A stretch of 64,000 nt of DNA, taken from positions 1,014,396 through 1,078,395 of the forward strand of contig CBFDEM010000018.1 in NCBI GenBank assembly GCA_965603825.1, given 5' to 3'. A model generated the notes under the pieces. The model ran no database searches, was not told the DNA's origin, and saw only the letters and a program-made list of their open reading frames with translations. The stretch is from Blepharisma stoltei ATCC 30299 (lineage: Eukaryota > Protista > Ciliophora). Position 1 is the first letter of the stretch, and each line of letters opens with the position of its first letter. Positions 11,743-23,991 of the stretch are shown here, one piece after another. Made by a program: the position numbers and the translations under genes.

Positions 11743-13147
11743 TTATGAACTTTTTACTTTTAATATATTCCAAGCATTCTTTTCTTTATGATATATAAAG
11801 ATACAATGGCCTAAAAACCAAACCCCGCCGATTGCTATAAAAATAAACCCATAGGTATAATGACTAAAAACTTTGAGTGCAAAAAATGTGAAAGAGAAAG
11901 AAATCGAAATTTGTAATGAAGGAAATACATCTTGTATCAAAATATATGGGTAATACTTGAACAAGTTATAAAAGCTCAATAAAATCCTAAGAATCATGCT
12001 AAAAATGTTAGCGTATATCATACCGATTGCTCCAAAATCTGAGAAAAATGCTGCAATAGCTAGATAAAATCTATAATAAAAATTACAAAGAAAATCCAAG
12101 CATCCAAACTTGTCTTTTATAAAGCTCTTTATCAGTTGATTTAGCTACAGCAATAGCTTCTGAAACCCCATTAATAGCCATTACTAAAATATACCAACAA
12201 TATGCAGAGAGAGCAGAGCCAGCATCTGCTTCAATTCATTTTTTGTCATATAAAATCCTTATTAATAAATCAGAATAAATTGAGCCGTAAATCCCTGCAA
12301 AAAGCCCAACAATCCACATAACTTTTAGCACAGAACGAATTCCGTTCAATGCTTCTTCTTTTCCTAAATTTTTGGAAAATAAGGAATGAGTAATTTCTTC
12401 TATAGGAAGAAATAATAATCGGCACACTATTGACCCTAAATTAGAAACAAGTGCAAATACTCCTTGCTGGAGTTCTGGGAGTTTTAGAGCCATTATTACG
12501 ATTTTTTCTCCTTCAGATAAAAAGAATTTTAGCACTGCAATCCCACAAAACGCAACTGCAGCTTTTTTGACAGGCTCTTCAACTGGCTGATTGAAATTAA
12601 AGCTAGGCCGCTCTGCACAACTTCATATATAAACCACTGTTACTGTAATTGAATAAGCAAGCTGGCCTATAGCAAATGCTAATAATCCATATCGTGCTAA
12701 AAATATAATAACGATACATTTTATAATAAACCCTGACCCTTCTCCTAATAGTCTACCTTTTGTTTGTAAATTAATTAGCTCTAATATATGGAAAGGTTCT
12801 CCAAAAGCTTCTATCATGCTGGAAACTACAATAATTCCTATACAGGTAGAATTTCCTGACCAAACAAAAAACATAATTAGCCCAAATATTCAGCTTGAAA
12901 ACGTTGATATTCACATAAGTTTATATGAAGGAGTGGTGCTTCGTTGGGCAGCTTTTCTGAAATTTTCTCTGGAAAAATGCAAAATCAGTGTGTTTAATAG
13001 CATTAATTGGATATTCCCAGCCCCATATACTTCAGGCTCCATAACTCTCGCAATCAGAACATTCAATGTAAAGTTTGCTATTTTTAAAAGCAACTGAAGA
13101 ATGATAATTGTTTTTGCTGCTTTAAATGCTTGGAATAAATTAGTCAT
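11743..13147 (-). CDS. RFT1: RFT1 (Man5GlcNAc2-PP-dolichol translocation factor); 16-nt intron 12071-12086
   Basis: ILHFSRENFRKA, IEAFGEP, LKFFLSEGEK, QGVFALVSNLGSIVCRLLFLPIEE, MAINGVSEA. Three TGA=Trp codons; the intron GTAATTTTTATTATAG restores the frame. Confidence 0.92.
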
Positions 13148-13410
13148 TTTTAAGAAATTGTAAATGGAAATTACGTGTCAGGATTAAAATTATTTCTAAT
13201 AGAAACGGGTTTTGTTTAAATATTTTAATATTTAATTTAATAAAAATATCAAGCTTTGAAATGTTAATTATTTTTTATTTTTAAATAAATCATAAAATAT
13301 TGATATTTGGTTTAAATATTAGATTTCATATAGCTATTTCATATTAGCAAAGTTTTAAATTCATTTGAGACTCCATATTTCATATCGGTTATCTAACTTT
13401 AAATAAATAT

Positions 13411-15249
13411 ATGGACTCTTCCAAGCTTCCCAAGCTCCCAGGCTTCTCATTCAACGACCCAACCAAAACCAATTTTCATAAGCATCAAATGTTTGCTGTA
13501 AGAGACGGCCACATGACAGAAAGCACAAAATTCCACCAAGAAAATGCTTCCCCGCAGCTTATTGACGAGCTCCGAAATTCTATGACGCAGCTCGCCTACA
13601 ACACCTCTTCTGGCAAGCCAAAAACCCCTGACAACGTTGCAATTCCAAGAAATCCTCCAGCATGGATAAAATACGACCGCCAAGTCCTTCGCTTTAATGC
13701 GTATTTCCAAGAACCTGTCCATGAAAGCTCCACTGAAAATTTCCGCGTTCGTAAGTGTGTTATTATGTTTCATTTGGATGACGAAACCACTTATGTAACT
13801 GAGCCACGTGTTGAGAACAGTGGGATTCCTCAAGGCGTTTTTATTAAAAAGCATAGAATTCCTAAAGGAGACGGAACCTATTTCACATGGCGAGATTTCG
13901 CATTAAAAACCAACGTAAACATGTATGGACGTGTCTTCAGAATTGTTGACTGTGACGAATTCACCAGAAACTTCTACGAAGAACAAGGCATTGATTTAGG
14001 CTCTGGAGAAGGCTTCCCTGATGATAGATTTGACATGACTAGGCTTATGGTGAATTTTAAACAACCTCCAGAAGATGCTATGGACGTTAAAGAATATAAT
14101 GAAGTAAAACTAGGTGGTGGACATCCTAATAGAAATTTAAGAAGCTTTGTCGAAAATGACAGAAAAGTCCTAAGCTTCGACGTGATGTGGAATGATACTT
14201 CTTATGATGGAGGAATCAAGTTTTATAAGATGAATTATTACTTGTTTGACCAGACTATGGAAATTAAAGAGCTTAGACAGGTAAATACAGGCAATGAAAC
14301 TTTCCCAATGATGCTCAGAAGGATGAAGGTTCCAAAAGCACCAATACTAACCCCATGCCCAGCACTAGCACTTAGAAATGAAGAGTATTATATTCCTAAT
14401 GATTTGGTGTTGGGGAATACCATACAAGTATATGGAAAAGACTTATTAGTTTGCGATTGTGATGAATACACCAAAAGATGGTACAGAGAAGAGCTTGGAA
14501 TTGAAGTTAAGCCAGTCCATATTCCGCGTTCAAAAAACATTATGCCACCTAACCCAATTCCTCCCCACAACGGCTATGGTACAGAAGAAGATTCAATAGG
14601 AAACGTCCTAAGACTTCAGCCAAATGCTCCAAAACCTGACATGTATAAAATGTTCGACAACGACCAGCATATTCTTCGTTTTGAAGCCAAACTGGTCAGC
14701 TCAAACCCTGAAGACGAACTAGGGAAATTTATTTTGTCATTTTACCCAGGTGACGACACCATCAAAGTCTATCAAGTTGTCGATAAAAATTCAGGAGTTG
14801 TCGGAGGAAAATTCCTTGAAAGGAGAAAATTCAAGAATCCATATAGCAATCAATACTACCAACAAAAAGACTGCGTAATAGGAAACACTTTGATATTGCA
14901 AGGGTACAGATTTTTGCTGGTGCATTGTGATGAATATACGTTTACCTTTATGGAAGAGAGACCTAGCGAGTACCCACAGGCAAGTATTCCAATGATTTTG
15001 AGGAAAATTATGGGATTTTCAAGAAAATATGGGTCTCCTCAGGAATTTTTGGTTCTTGTGCTGAGAAATATTGATCCAAGCTTAGGAAAAAATGTGCAGT
15101 ATAAGGTCTTTTTAGAGGCTCTTGAAAAGCTTGGAATTAAACTGACTTTGCAGGAGGAAGCATCATTGATCAGAAAATGGAATAAAGGAAGCCAGGGGCA
15201 ATACATCATAAATTTAGAAGAAGCATATAATGCATTGATAAACGCTTAA
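13411..15249 (+). CDS. EFHC1/2 / Rib72-like ciliary microtubule inner protein (three DM10 domains)
   Basis: LPKLPGFSF, YDRQVLRFNAYFQE, ENSGIPQGVFIKKHRIP, NDRKVLSF, ILRFEAKL..KNSGVVGGKFLER. Confidence 0.93.
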   Translation: MDSSKLPKLPGFSFNDPTKTNFHKHQMFAVRDGHMTESTKFHQENASPQLIDELRNSMTQLAYNTSSGKPKTPDNVAIPRNPPAWIKYDRQVLRFNAYFQEPVHESSTENFRVRKCVIMFHLDDETTYVTEPRVENSGIPQGVFIKKHRIPKGDGTYFTWRDFALKTNVNMYGRVFRIVDCDEFTRNFYEEQGIDLGSGEGFPDDRFDMTRLMVNFKQPPEDAMDVKEYNEVKLGGGHPNRNLRSFVENDRKVLSFDVMWNDTSYDGGIKFYKMNYYLFDQTMEIKELRQVNTGNETFPMMLRRMKVPKAPILTPCPALALRNEEYYIPNDLVLGNTIQVYGKDLLVCDCDEYTKRWYREELGIEVKPVHIPRSKNIMPPNPIPPHNGYGTEEDSIGNVLRLQPNAPKPDMYKMFDNDQHILRFEAKLVSSNPEDELGKFILSFYPGDDTIKVYQVVDKNSGVVGGKFLERRKFKNPYSNQYYQQKDCVIGNTLILQGYRFLLVHCDEYTFTFMEERPSEYPQASIPMILRKIMGFSRKYGSPQEFLVLVLRNIDPSLGKNVQYKVFLEALEKLGIKLTLQEEASLIRKWNKGSQGQYIINLEEAYNALINA

Positions 15250-15489
15250 AGGCAAAGTAGGTTTGCTCTAATAAATGGATTTTAAGTTAATCAATCCGAA
15301 TAAATAAAATAAATATTAGGCTTCTGAATTCTTTTTATTCTGCTAAGCTAGCAAGCCTAAATTACAGAAAATAATAATTTCACCAAAAGATCAAATTTCA
15401 CTAATATTTCCCCAAACGAAAATGAGGAGAAACTATTTAAAATTAAAATCTCATTTTCATAATAAATAACAAAATAATCACATTCCAGG

Positions 15490-16710
15490 ATGGAGCGCTA
15501 TATGAAAAATACTCATACATTTGCTGAAGAAAGTTTAGTGAAAACTTCTTTATTAATTAAAGGTCTTGCAGGCGTAGTTTTTGTTGTGGTTATTCCACTA
15601 GAGCTTCTTGTAAGCTCAACACTGCGAGATTGGGGTGGGAGCTTAATTGAAGATATCCAAGAATATCGCACTCAAGCCTGAGATGATTTCTTTAAATATG
15701 TATCATATATTGGCGACAGCTGGCTAATTATCGTTTTAGGTCCTGCGTTTTACAACTTTTTTGACACAAGAAAAGCAATTAAATTAATTATCATCTCATC
15801 ATTTACAGGATTTATTACTAGCTTTTTGCAGCTGCTTTTCCAAGAGCCCAGACCATTTTGAACAAGCAGTGATATTAGAGGAATTACTTGTGACTTAGGC
15901 TTTGCAGATCCATCTTTTCATATGATGATGGGAACAGTATTTTTCTTTACACTTGCAATAGAGTTTTTCCATAACTGGAGGGATATTTTTAGATATACTG
16001 CTTATTTTCTTTTATTTTTAATACTATCCTTGGTTGGGTTCAGCAGAGTTTACCTTGGAGAACAATTTCCTCATCAAGTTGTTATGGGCTTATGCTACTC
16101 TTTTATATATCTGACTGTAGTATTTGCGTTTGATAGGACACTTTTAGATTTGACGATAAAAAGCAGCTTCAATTATAAAGCGAACAGGAAATATATTGTA
16201 TATTGGTTTGTAGGAACAATGTTTTTGCTTTTAGCATCAATCACTGTATTTGATATGATCACTTTAAACAACAGCGTCAGCTACACATGAATTAAAAATT
16301 CCACCAAGCATTGCAGCTTAAGCTACAAAGTAAGCGGCTCACAATCCTTTTACTACTCTGCATGAATATTCTATAACCTAGGCCTCGTCTCAAGCTCAAT
16401 GCTTTCTGGAAAATACATTTCTATGTTTTGGTGGTGCACAGAATACTGAAAACGATGAATTCGGTTTTTTATTGCAGTTGCTACAAGTGTCGGGATTTAT
16501 TTTGCATTTAGTAATCAATAATTAGACCAAATCGATACATCTGACGTCACAACCACCTATGTGTGGCATTACGTTTTCCCTTATTTTCTAATGGCCACTG
16601 TATATGGAGGAATCCTTCCATTGATTTTTGTAAAAATGCAGTTGGCAATGAAAATATCTCCTGCAGTAGACCAAGAAAATGAATTAATGACACTTAGCGA
16701 GATAGATTAA
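15490..16710 (+). CDS. PAP2/glucose-6-phosphatase-like multi-TM protein with substituted active site; 15-nt intron 16511-16525
   Basis: Continuous with six TGA=Trp codons. Motifs QLLFQEPRPFW, C..GFADPSFH, SRVYLGEQFPHQV. Confidence 0.85.
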
Positions 16711-16712
16711 AA

Positions 16713-18896
16713 CTAAAAATTATTAGATAATGTTCTTAATTGATCTAAAATAGCTGTATATTTATCAGCTTTTCCTCCTCTCATTGTTTTCTTTATTTTT
16801 GAATTGATGTTCAATCCGCTGTGCCCAGTTACAGAAAGTCTTGGCATTGTGTTGGGGGTTTCAACTTCTTTCATTAATTCTTGAATTTGTTCATCAGCTT
16901 GTCGGAGCTGCTCTTTTATCTTTAAATAATTATTTTCTGAAATTTTTAATTTCTCTGTAAGTCTTTGAATTTTTTTCTCATGAATTCCTTTGTCGACTAC
17001 TAAAGAAGATTTTTGATTTGTTAACTGACGATACATCATCGAAAGTTGAACCAATCTTCTTTCTAATATACAATTTTTCTTTCTTTCTTCTTGAACGTCA
17101 AAAGGCAACGAATTCTCCAAGGCTGTGTATCTTTCTTTGAAATCTTCAAATTCAATTTCAAGCTCGATCAATTGCCTTATTTTTGCATGCAAGTCTTTTG
17201 CAAGTTTTTTTCTTTCTTCAAGTAATGAATTTTCATTGAGATTTTCATTAATGGTGTAAATTAAATCTACTTGGTTTAAAGATTCATGATATTTGGTAAT
17301 GACTGCTATTTCTTTTTGCTCTTTTTCTATCTTGCTTTGAGATCTTGGAGCATATTCATATCTTTGTTTCAAAAAATCGATTTCTGCTTCTTTTTCTACC
17401 AATCTATTCTCAAGGAACTCTTTTGTCCCATTTATATTAGTAAATTCTGACTGTATTGATTCCAGGGTTATTTTCAGCTTTTCAATAATTTCATCTTTTT
17501 CTTTTGATTCTTTTTCAAAATCAGATGCTTCTTTATACTGTGTCTTGAGTTTTTCATAGTCATTTCTTACTTTTACAAATTCCAGCTGCAGCTGTGTAAG
17601 GGTGTCCTTAATTTTTGAATTTTCTTCTACTTCATTTGAAAGGATTTCTCTAGTTTCCTCAAGTTCTTGTATAAGGTCAGCATACTCAGTCCTTGTATCA
17701 CTTTCGAATAGTCCACTATCATCAATAGTTGTAGACTGAGAAATTGATAGTCCAGCCCTCATTAGTGTTTCTTCTAATTTTTTGATTTTCATGTCTTTTT
17801 TCTTTATTTCTTCTTTAGCTTCAGCTAGTAATAGTTTCAGCTCACCAACAGTAAATTCTTTATTAATTTTTGGAGTATTGGAAATTAGCTTTGCCCTGAT
17901 CCCAAATCTTAACGAACTGATAGTTTCATCTTCGTTATATAAAGAAGGTGAACAAGTTATAATGACAGAGGTTAGCGAATTTCCTCCTAAAGAATCTTGA
18001 AGTATCCATGTTAATTTGGAGTCTCTGTATGGGATATGCCCTTTTGCGCCTTTTGATAAAGAGTTTATTACAAGTCCAAGCGCTGTTAATGATTTATTGA
18101 TTTTTTTGGCTTCTTCTAGTCTTGTTCCTTCTGCTCCTGTTTTAGAAACTTTTTCTGATCCTGCTAAATCAATTAAATGGAGCTTACCTGATTTTTGTGA
18201 TAAATCAACTGTGTTTGTCTGGGAAACTGTTAAGGTAAAAATCGAGTGGGATCGGGAAGAACGTTCATTCATTCTTGTAAATCCTACAACTCGATTGCTG
18301 TTTCCATATTCTAGTAGCTCATAAACTTCTTCTCCAGAAGATACATATACTTCTGTTAGCCCTTCAAGATATACGCCCCTCGCTTTGTCTTCTCTTATTT
18401 TTAGCTTTCCTTTGTTTTCATTTAATAAATCTTTTACATCTTCCATATATAATTCACAATAAGAGACTTTTACGCTAAACTCAACTGAAGATTCTGAATT
18501 ATCAATTTCAGAAAAAACTGTTGATATTGTGCGAGGAATTATTCCCACATGATCACTGCTATCTAAGCTAGGTCCCATCATTGTATAGGTTTTCCCTGAT
18601 GCAGTCTGCCCATAAGCGAAAATAGTTCCATTAAATCCGTGCATTACAGAGTCTACTATTGGTTTTGCTGATAATTCATAAACTAATTCTTGAGAAGACT
18701 CTGAAGCGAAAGCGTGATCATAGTTAAAAATCTGAGTGTCTGCTCCTTGCTTTGAGGGTTGGATAATTATAGATTTGCAATCTGAAGAGATATCTATAAA
18801 TTTTGTTTGAAAAATCTGTGCTTCATTAGTGCTTAGAGGTCTGAATCTGCAAAAAACTCTAACATTATTTGGATTTGTATCTCGAGAAGTTTCCAT
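16713..18896 (-). CDS. Kinesin (kinesin-1/KHC-like N-terminal motor plus coiled coil)
   Basis: VRVFCRFRP, GQTASGKT, NERSSRSH, LIDLAGSEKVSKTGAEG, HIPYRDSKLT. Confidence 0.93.
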   Translation of the reverse strand: METSRDTNPNNVRVFCRFRPLSTNEAQIFQTKFIDISSDCKSIIIQPSKQGADTQIFNYDHAFASESSQELVYELSAKPIVDSVMHGFNGTIFAYGQTASGKTYTMMGPSLDSSDHVGIIPRTISTVFSEIDNSESSVEFSVKVSYCELYMEDVKDLLNENKGKLKIREDKARGVYLEGLTEVYVSSGEEVYELLEYGNSNRVVGFTRMNERSSRSHSIFTLTVSQTNTVDLSQKSGKLHLIDLAGSEKVSKTGAEGTRLEEAKKINKSLTALGLVINSLSKGAKGHIPYRDSKLTWILQDSLGGNSLTSVIITCSPSLYNEDETISSLRFGIRAKLISNTPKINKEFTVGELKLLLAEAKEEIKKKDMKIKKLEETLMRAGLSISQSTTIDDSGLFESDTRTEYADLIQELEETREILSNEVEENSKIKDTLTQLQLEFVKVRNDYEKLKTQYKEASDFEKESKEKDEIIEKLKITLESIQSEFTNINGTKEFLENRLVEKEAEIDFLKQRYEYAPRSQSKIEKEQKEIAVITKYHESLNQVDLIYTINENLNENSLLEERKKLAKDLHAKIRQLIELEIEFEDFKERYTALENSLPFDVQEERKKNCILERRLVQLSMMYRQLTNQKSSLVVDKGIHEKKIQRLTEKLKISENNYLKIKEQLRQADEQIQELMKEVETPNTMPRLSVTGHSGLNINSKIKKTMRGGKADKYTAILDQLRTLSNNF

Positions 18897-18983
18897 TGTT
18901 TAAGGTATTATTTCAACACCTTTTGGTAATAGTTGAAATAATTGAAAAATATGGAATTAAAATTTGTAAGCTAAGAAATTAAT

Positions 18984-20786
18984 TTAGTCTTCCAATGAGA
19001 AATATCTTCCAGCCACTTTTTGTTCTCTATCTTTTTGTGAGTTTAATTTATTGATTCTTGGTCTGAAGTTGAGTGGGTCTCTTCTAAATGTAATTTCCAG
19101 TTCTGATAAAAATCTGTTCATCCCTCCTACAAGTCCTTCAGGGCTTTTAGCAGTACAATCGACTGAGGGTGTTCCTTCGTATACGACGACTCTGTCAGCT
19201 AAATAAGTTGCCATAATGAAATCATGCTCAACAATAAAGGCAGTTTTCTTATTATTAAGAATAAATCTCTTGATAACTTTAGCAGTAATAATTCTTTGTT
19301 CTGAATCCAAATAAGCTGAAGGCTCATCAATCAAATAAATATTTGCTGGCTTTCCAAGCGCCAAAACAATAGCAACTCTTTGTAATTCTCCACCAGAAAG
19401 CTGGCTTAATTCTTGATCAATAATTGGCTCAATTTGCATTGGTCTTACAACGTCTGACTGAAACTGAGGGTTATTGTATATGTCTCTGATTTTTTTATGG
19501 AAAAGGCCTCTTACAGTTCCTTTGAAATGAGCAGTAATGACTTGTGGCTTGTAAGAAACTGCAAGCTCTGGGACCTGGGTGCCTTCATCTGGGGTCAGTT
19601 TTCCAGCCAGCATCTTAATAAAGGTAGTTTTTCCAGTACCATTTTGCCCAAGCATAACAATGATTTCTGAGTTGCTGAATTCTCCTGGCTCAATTGCCAG
19701 CCTGAACCCTTCAAAGCGTTTTACCATGTTTCCATACTCATAATGGGAAGTTCTCGATTCTGTTATAAACTCATCAGCAGCTTCAGAAAGCTTGAAATTC
19801 ATAGAAGTCTCTCTAAAGCGCAAGTTTTCTGTCGGGACAAAGCCTTCTAAGAATACATTGATCCCTTCTCTGACTCCAAAAGGCAAGGTGACAACTCCAT
19901 AAGCAGCTGGTTCTCCCCACAAGCAGCAAATAAAGTCACTCAAGTAGTCAAGAATAGCTAAATCGTGCTCTACACAAATTACATAGTTGTTCGAAGCTAA
20001 TAAACTTCTGATTGTAGTTGCTGCTTTCATACGTTGCTTCACATCAAGATATGATGAAGGCTCATCAAACATATACACATCACTATTCTGGATCGCCACC
20101 ACACAAATTGCAAATCTTTGCAGCTCACCCCCTGATAATGCTGACACTTCTTTGTCAAGCAGAGGACCCATGTCTAATTCTTGGATCAAGCTGTCTAAAA
20201 TTCCTTTCTGATCCTTAGTCCTCAGGACATTTCCTACCAGTCCTTTGACAGCTTTTGGGATATAATCAACATATTGTGGCTTGATTGTGGCTTTTAAGTT
20301 TTCTTCTAAAATCCTGGTAAAGTAATTTTGCAGTTCTGAGCCTCTGAAATAGACCAAAATTTCGTTCCAGTCAGGAAGGTCGTTGTAGCGACCTAAATTA
20401 GGTTTAAGCTTGCCTGAAAGGATTTTGAGGGCTGTGGATTTTCCGGTACCATTCGACCCAACTAGTCCAAGGACTTCGCCGGCTCTTGGCATTGGCAGTC
20501 TGTGGAGCTTGAACATATTGTTGCCGTATCGATGGGTTGTTTCTTTTTCTAAGTCTCTTGGAAGATTGATGATCGTGATTGCACTGAATGGGCACCGTTT
20601 AACGCAGAGAGCACAACCAATGCAGAGTTCTTCACTGATGTTGGCAATTTTGGAGGTTTTTTCGACGTCGATGCAGAGTTTTTTCGCTTTGTTGATGGGG
20701 CAAACTTTTTTGCATTCGAGAGCACACCTGTTCGGCTTGCATTTGTCTTTGTTGACAATGGCAATACGAGTAAGGGTTTCCTCCAT
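18984..20786 (-). CDS. ABCE1: ABCE1/RLI1 ribosome recycling ATPase
   Basis: N-terminal Fe-S cysteine motifs; two NBDs ([18 protein letters not shown]) with LSGGELQR. Confidence 0.97.
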   Translation of the reverse strand: MEETLTRIAIVNKDKCKPNRCALECKKVCPINKAKKLCIDVEKTSKIANISEELCIGCALCVKRCPFSAITIINLPRDLEKETTHRYGNNMFKLHRLPMPRAGEVLGLVGSNGTGKSTALKILSGKLKPNLGRYNDLPDWNEILVYFRGSELQNYFTRILEENLKATIKPQYVDYIPKAVKGLVGNVLRTKDQKGILDSLIQELDMGPLLDKEVSALSGGELQRFAICVVAIQNSDVYMFDEPSSYLDVKQRMKAATTIRSLLASNNYVICVEHDLAILDYLSDFICCLWGEPAAYGVVTLPFGVREGINVFLEGFVPTENLRFRETSMNFKLSEAADEFITESRTSHYEYGNMVKRFEGFRLAIEPGEFSNSEIIVMLGQNGTGKTTFIKMLAGKLTPDEGTQVPELAVSYKPQVITAHFKGTVRGLFHKKIRDIYNNPQFQSDVVRPMQIEPIIDQELSQLSGGELQRVAIVLALGKPANIYLIDEPSAYLDSEQRIITAKVIKRFILNNKKTAFIVEHDFIMATYLADRVVVYEGTPSVDCTAKSPEGLVGGMNRFLSELEITFRRDPLNFRPRINKLNSQKDREQKVAGRYFSLED

Positions 20787-21125
20787 TTATTTACAAGAAT
20801 GGGATGATATAGATCATTATGATTTAGAATTCGGATTTGAGAATTTTCTTTGCCCGGTATTGGAATACTATATTTTCATTTATTAATTAATATAGAGAAT
20901 GACTACTTAGAAATCTATATTAGGATTAAATAGATGCAATATTAAATAAATTTTATTTTAAAAAGACATTTGACTATTCAGATAATAAAATTGATAAAAG
21001 ATATCAATGATGTTTAGAATCATTAATTAGGAAATAAATCAATAAATAGACAGATCTTGTGAAAATTGCTATTTATAAGTAATATTTGATATTCTTTAAC
21101 TAATTTTTATTATGTTTTAATATAA

Positions 21126-22448
21126 ATGGAAAACCCACGAAAAAGACAAAAACTCGATGAATCTCAAGATGAAGGATTATCTAATCGAGAAACACAAGAG
21201 GAAAAACATAAAGAGCCTATGAAAATTTCAATGGACGAAAAGGGTAGACTAATTGATGAAAAAGGTAGATTTATCGATGTTGATTATAAATCGAAATTTT
21301 CATTTGACGTGAATGCTCAAAAATACGCCCAAAAGCAAAAAAAAATTGAAAAAAGATATGCCCAGCTTCCTAAAAATACACATTCAGTAAAGCCCAGAGG
21401 ATTTTTCTTTGACCAAAACTTGCCAAAACAAAAAAAGGATGAAAAGAGATTACGAGCTTTTATGTTTGGCGATAATGAAGCCCCGCTACTTCTACGAGCC
21501 AATTTAATCCCAGAAATAGAATGATGGGATCAGCCTTTGCTTGACTCCCCTAATTATGTCAAAAATATTGATTCTATACGACCTCAAATTGCTGAAGAGT
21601 TAAAAAACGTTCCAAAATTCGAGGCTCAAAACAAAATCCAAGAAATATTTTTAAAATCTGGCATAGAAAAAATGCCTTATATAGCTTCAGCTGTTACAGA
21701 TAAAATTTTAAACCCGGATTTGCCTGCACCAGACCCAGTTAATGCGACATCTCATAATATAACAATGCATTTGACTGAAAAAGAAAGGAAAAAGCTTAAA
21801 AGATTGAAGAAAGCAGAAAGGTTAAACCAAATAAGGGAAGAAATAAAGCTAGGATTAAGAGAAGCACCACCAGACAATATAAAACTAAGCACTGTCATGA
21901 AGCTTATGTCAAAAGAAATTTCTCAAGATCCAACGAAAACTGAGCAAGATATAATGGAAAAATACAACCAAAAATTGCAAAGGCATATGGAAAGAAATGA
22001 AGAGAGAAAATTATCAAAGGAAGAAAAATTAGAAAGGACGCTAAGAAAATTAAGAAGAGACAGCGCGAGAGAAAGAAGAACTGCGCTATTTAGAATTCCT
22101 AGGGTAACCTCAAATAAAACAAAATTCAAAATATCAAAAAATGCAAGGCAGCTTGAGCTTGTAGGATTTTGCTTAGTTTTACCTGAGCCACTCCCATCTT
22201 TGATTATTGTTGAAGGAGGCAAAAGAGCAATCAAGTTCTATAAACGATTATGCTTACATAGAATAGATTGAACAATTGAGAAAGGATCATGCGACTTAGT
22301 CTGGGAAGCTGAAATCAAAGATCCAAGCTTTTTCAAATTTAAGCTTCTTGAGCTGAAAACTGAAAGTGAAGCTAGAAGGATTTTAGGAGCCAAAGGGCTA
22401 GCAAACTATTGGGATCTGGTGAAAACGTGGAAAAAACCAGAGGATTAA
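21126..22448 (+). CDS. PRP3: U4/U6 snRNP protein Prp3 (440 aa)
   Basis: IPEIEWWD (TGA 21522), HLTEKERKKL, DPTK, HMERNEERKL, FKISKNARQL, VEGGKRAIKFYKRLCLHRIDW (TGA 22269), CDLVWE, NYWD. Confidence 0.92.
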
Positions 22449-22565
22449 CTAATTTATTTGAATGCTTTATCAATTAGCTCCTTTTGGTAAAAATTTAATT
22501 TTTAAATAATATCTTAAAAATATTCATAATAAATATTAATTCATTTTATAATTTCTAGGATCTGT

Positions 22566-23954
22566 TTAAAGCTCTTCTAATGTATTTGACATCTTTTTTA
22601 GTGTGCTTTCAAAAAGTGAGCAGCCACTAGAATACCTTCTGATGCATTCTTCTAATTCTTTCATTTTGTCTGATACTTTTACTTCACTACTCCCCAATAT
22701 TTTCTGGAATTTATTCATTAAATCATTATCATCAGGGGTGTTTGGGTCTACAAAATTCAGCTGATAGTTATCTTCTTTATTTGTTTTTTTTATAACAAAC
22801 TTTTTTATCACATAATGCATAGAAATACTCAAAAATATGCCAACCCCCAACACTGCCCACAACCCTCCGACTTCAGTCAAATTGATTGGCATTGTTTCTG
22901 TATCATAGCACGGATCTCCATTTGCTTCTAAAAAATAAAAATTCTCTAATGCTTTGCTTTCATAATTTTCTGTCAGCATCTGTAAAACACGATTCAGTTT
23001 TGCAAACATTTCAGCATCAAAATCATCTCTAAATATCATTGTATAATAGTCATTTGCAAATATATTCCCAACAATCGCTAACTCACAGTCCTGTGAAGCA
23101 AGATAAATTGCTAGTGGCTTTGGCAAGGCAACCGCATCTAGATTTCCATTTTTAAGATCACTTAACATATTTTTGCCTTCAGTTGCATCATTATTATAAC
23201 TTTTCGAATCTGCTTTAAAATAATTCAGAATTGATGCGTCCTTAGTGAAACAGCCTACTTTTTCTCCTGATAAGTCTTGGTAACTTTTTATTGTGGTGTA
23301 TTTTAATGATATTGACAGCCTTGTTGCTAAGTCAGCAGCATAAGCTGCTAATAAAATATAAGAAATCAGCCAATAAGACAGCTGAAAAAGCCTTCCTGGG
23401 ATTGTTTTGATTTTTCGGTCACTTGCAAGGAATAAAGAAGCATAGGTTTGTCATAAAGCTTGCAAAATCCCATCAGGATATGCAAAAGAAATTGCTCCTT
23501 TATCAGATCGTTCTAAAATTCATAGCACATGTGCTACAAAAACGCCTGAAAATATCCAGCAAATTCATAGAGTATAATCAAAAGGCTCTAAAAATAGTCA
23601 CAGAAGATTTCGAGTTTCTTTATTTACAATAAGAACTAACCCAGAATCAATTGTAGGGATTGATAGTGTAAATGAATCATATAAATCACTTGTTATAGAA
23701 ATTCCTCCTATAGCAAAATCAGCTTCCTTGTTCTTAACTTTGTTTATCATGTCATCATATGATTCGCATTCAACAGTGTAGTCATCACTTATATTAAGGT
23801 CTTCAGCCATTAATTCTAGCAAGGCTAGAGCATATCCTGAAAAAGTTGTGGAGTTGGCTCCTATTTCACAATTTACAATTGGAGCTCATGGACTTGTAAC
23901 TACTTTGTAGCAGGCAACACTAGAAAGAATTCCTAAAAAATGCAAAAACATCAT
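22566..23954 (-). CDS. Ionotropic glutamate receptor/GLR-like channel without amino-terminal domain (462 aa)
   Basis: Signal peptide; S1 (SGYALALL..ADFAIGGISIT..SIPTIDSGL); M1 (FLEPFDYTLW..WILER); re-entrant segment; M3 AAYAADLATRL; S2; M4 (EVGGLWAVL). Several TGA=Trp codons. Confidence 0.85.
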
Positions 23955-23991
23955 TTCTAAATATTATAGCCGAGCTCTTTTTAAATATTAA

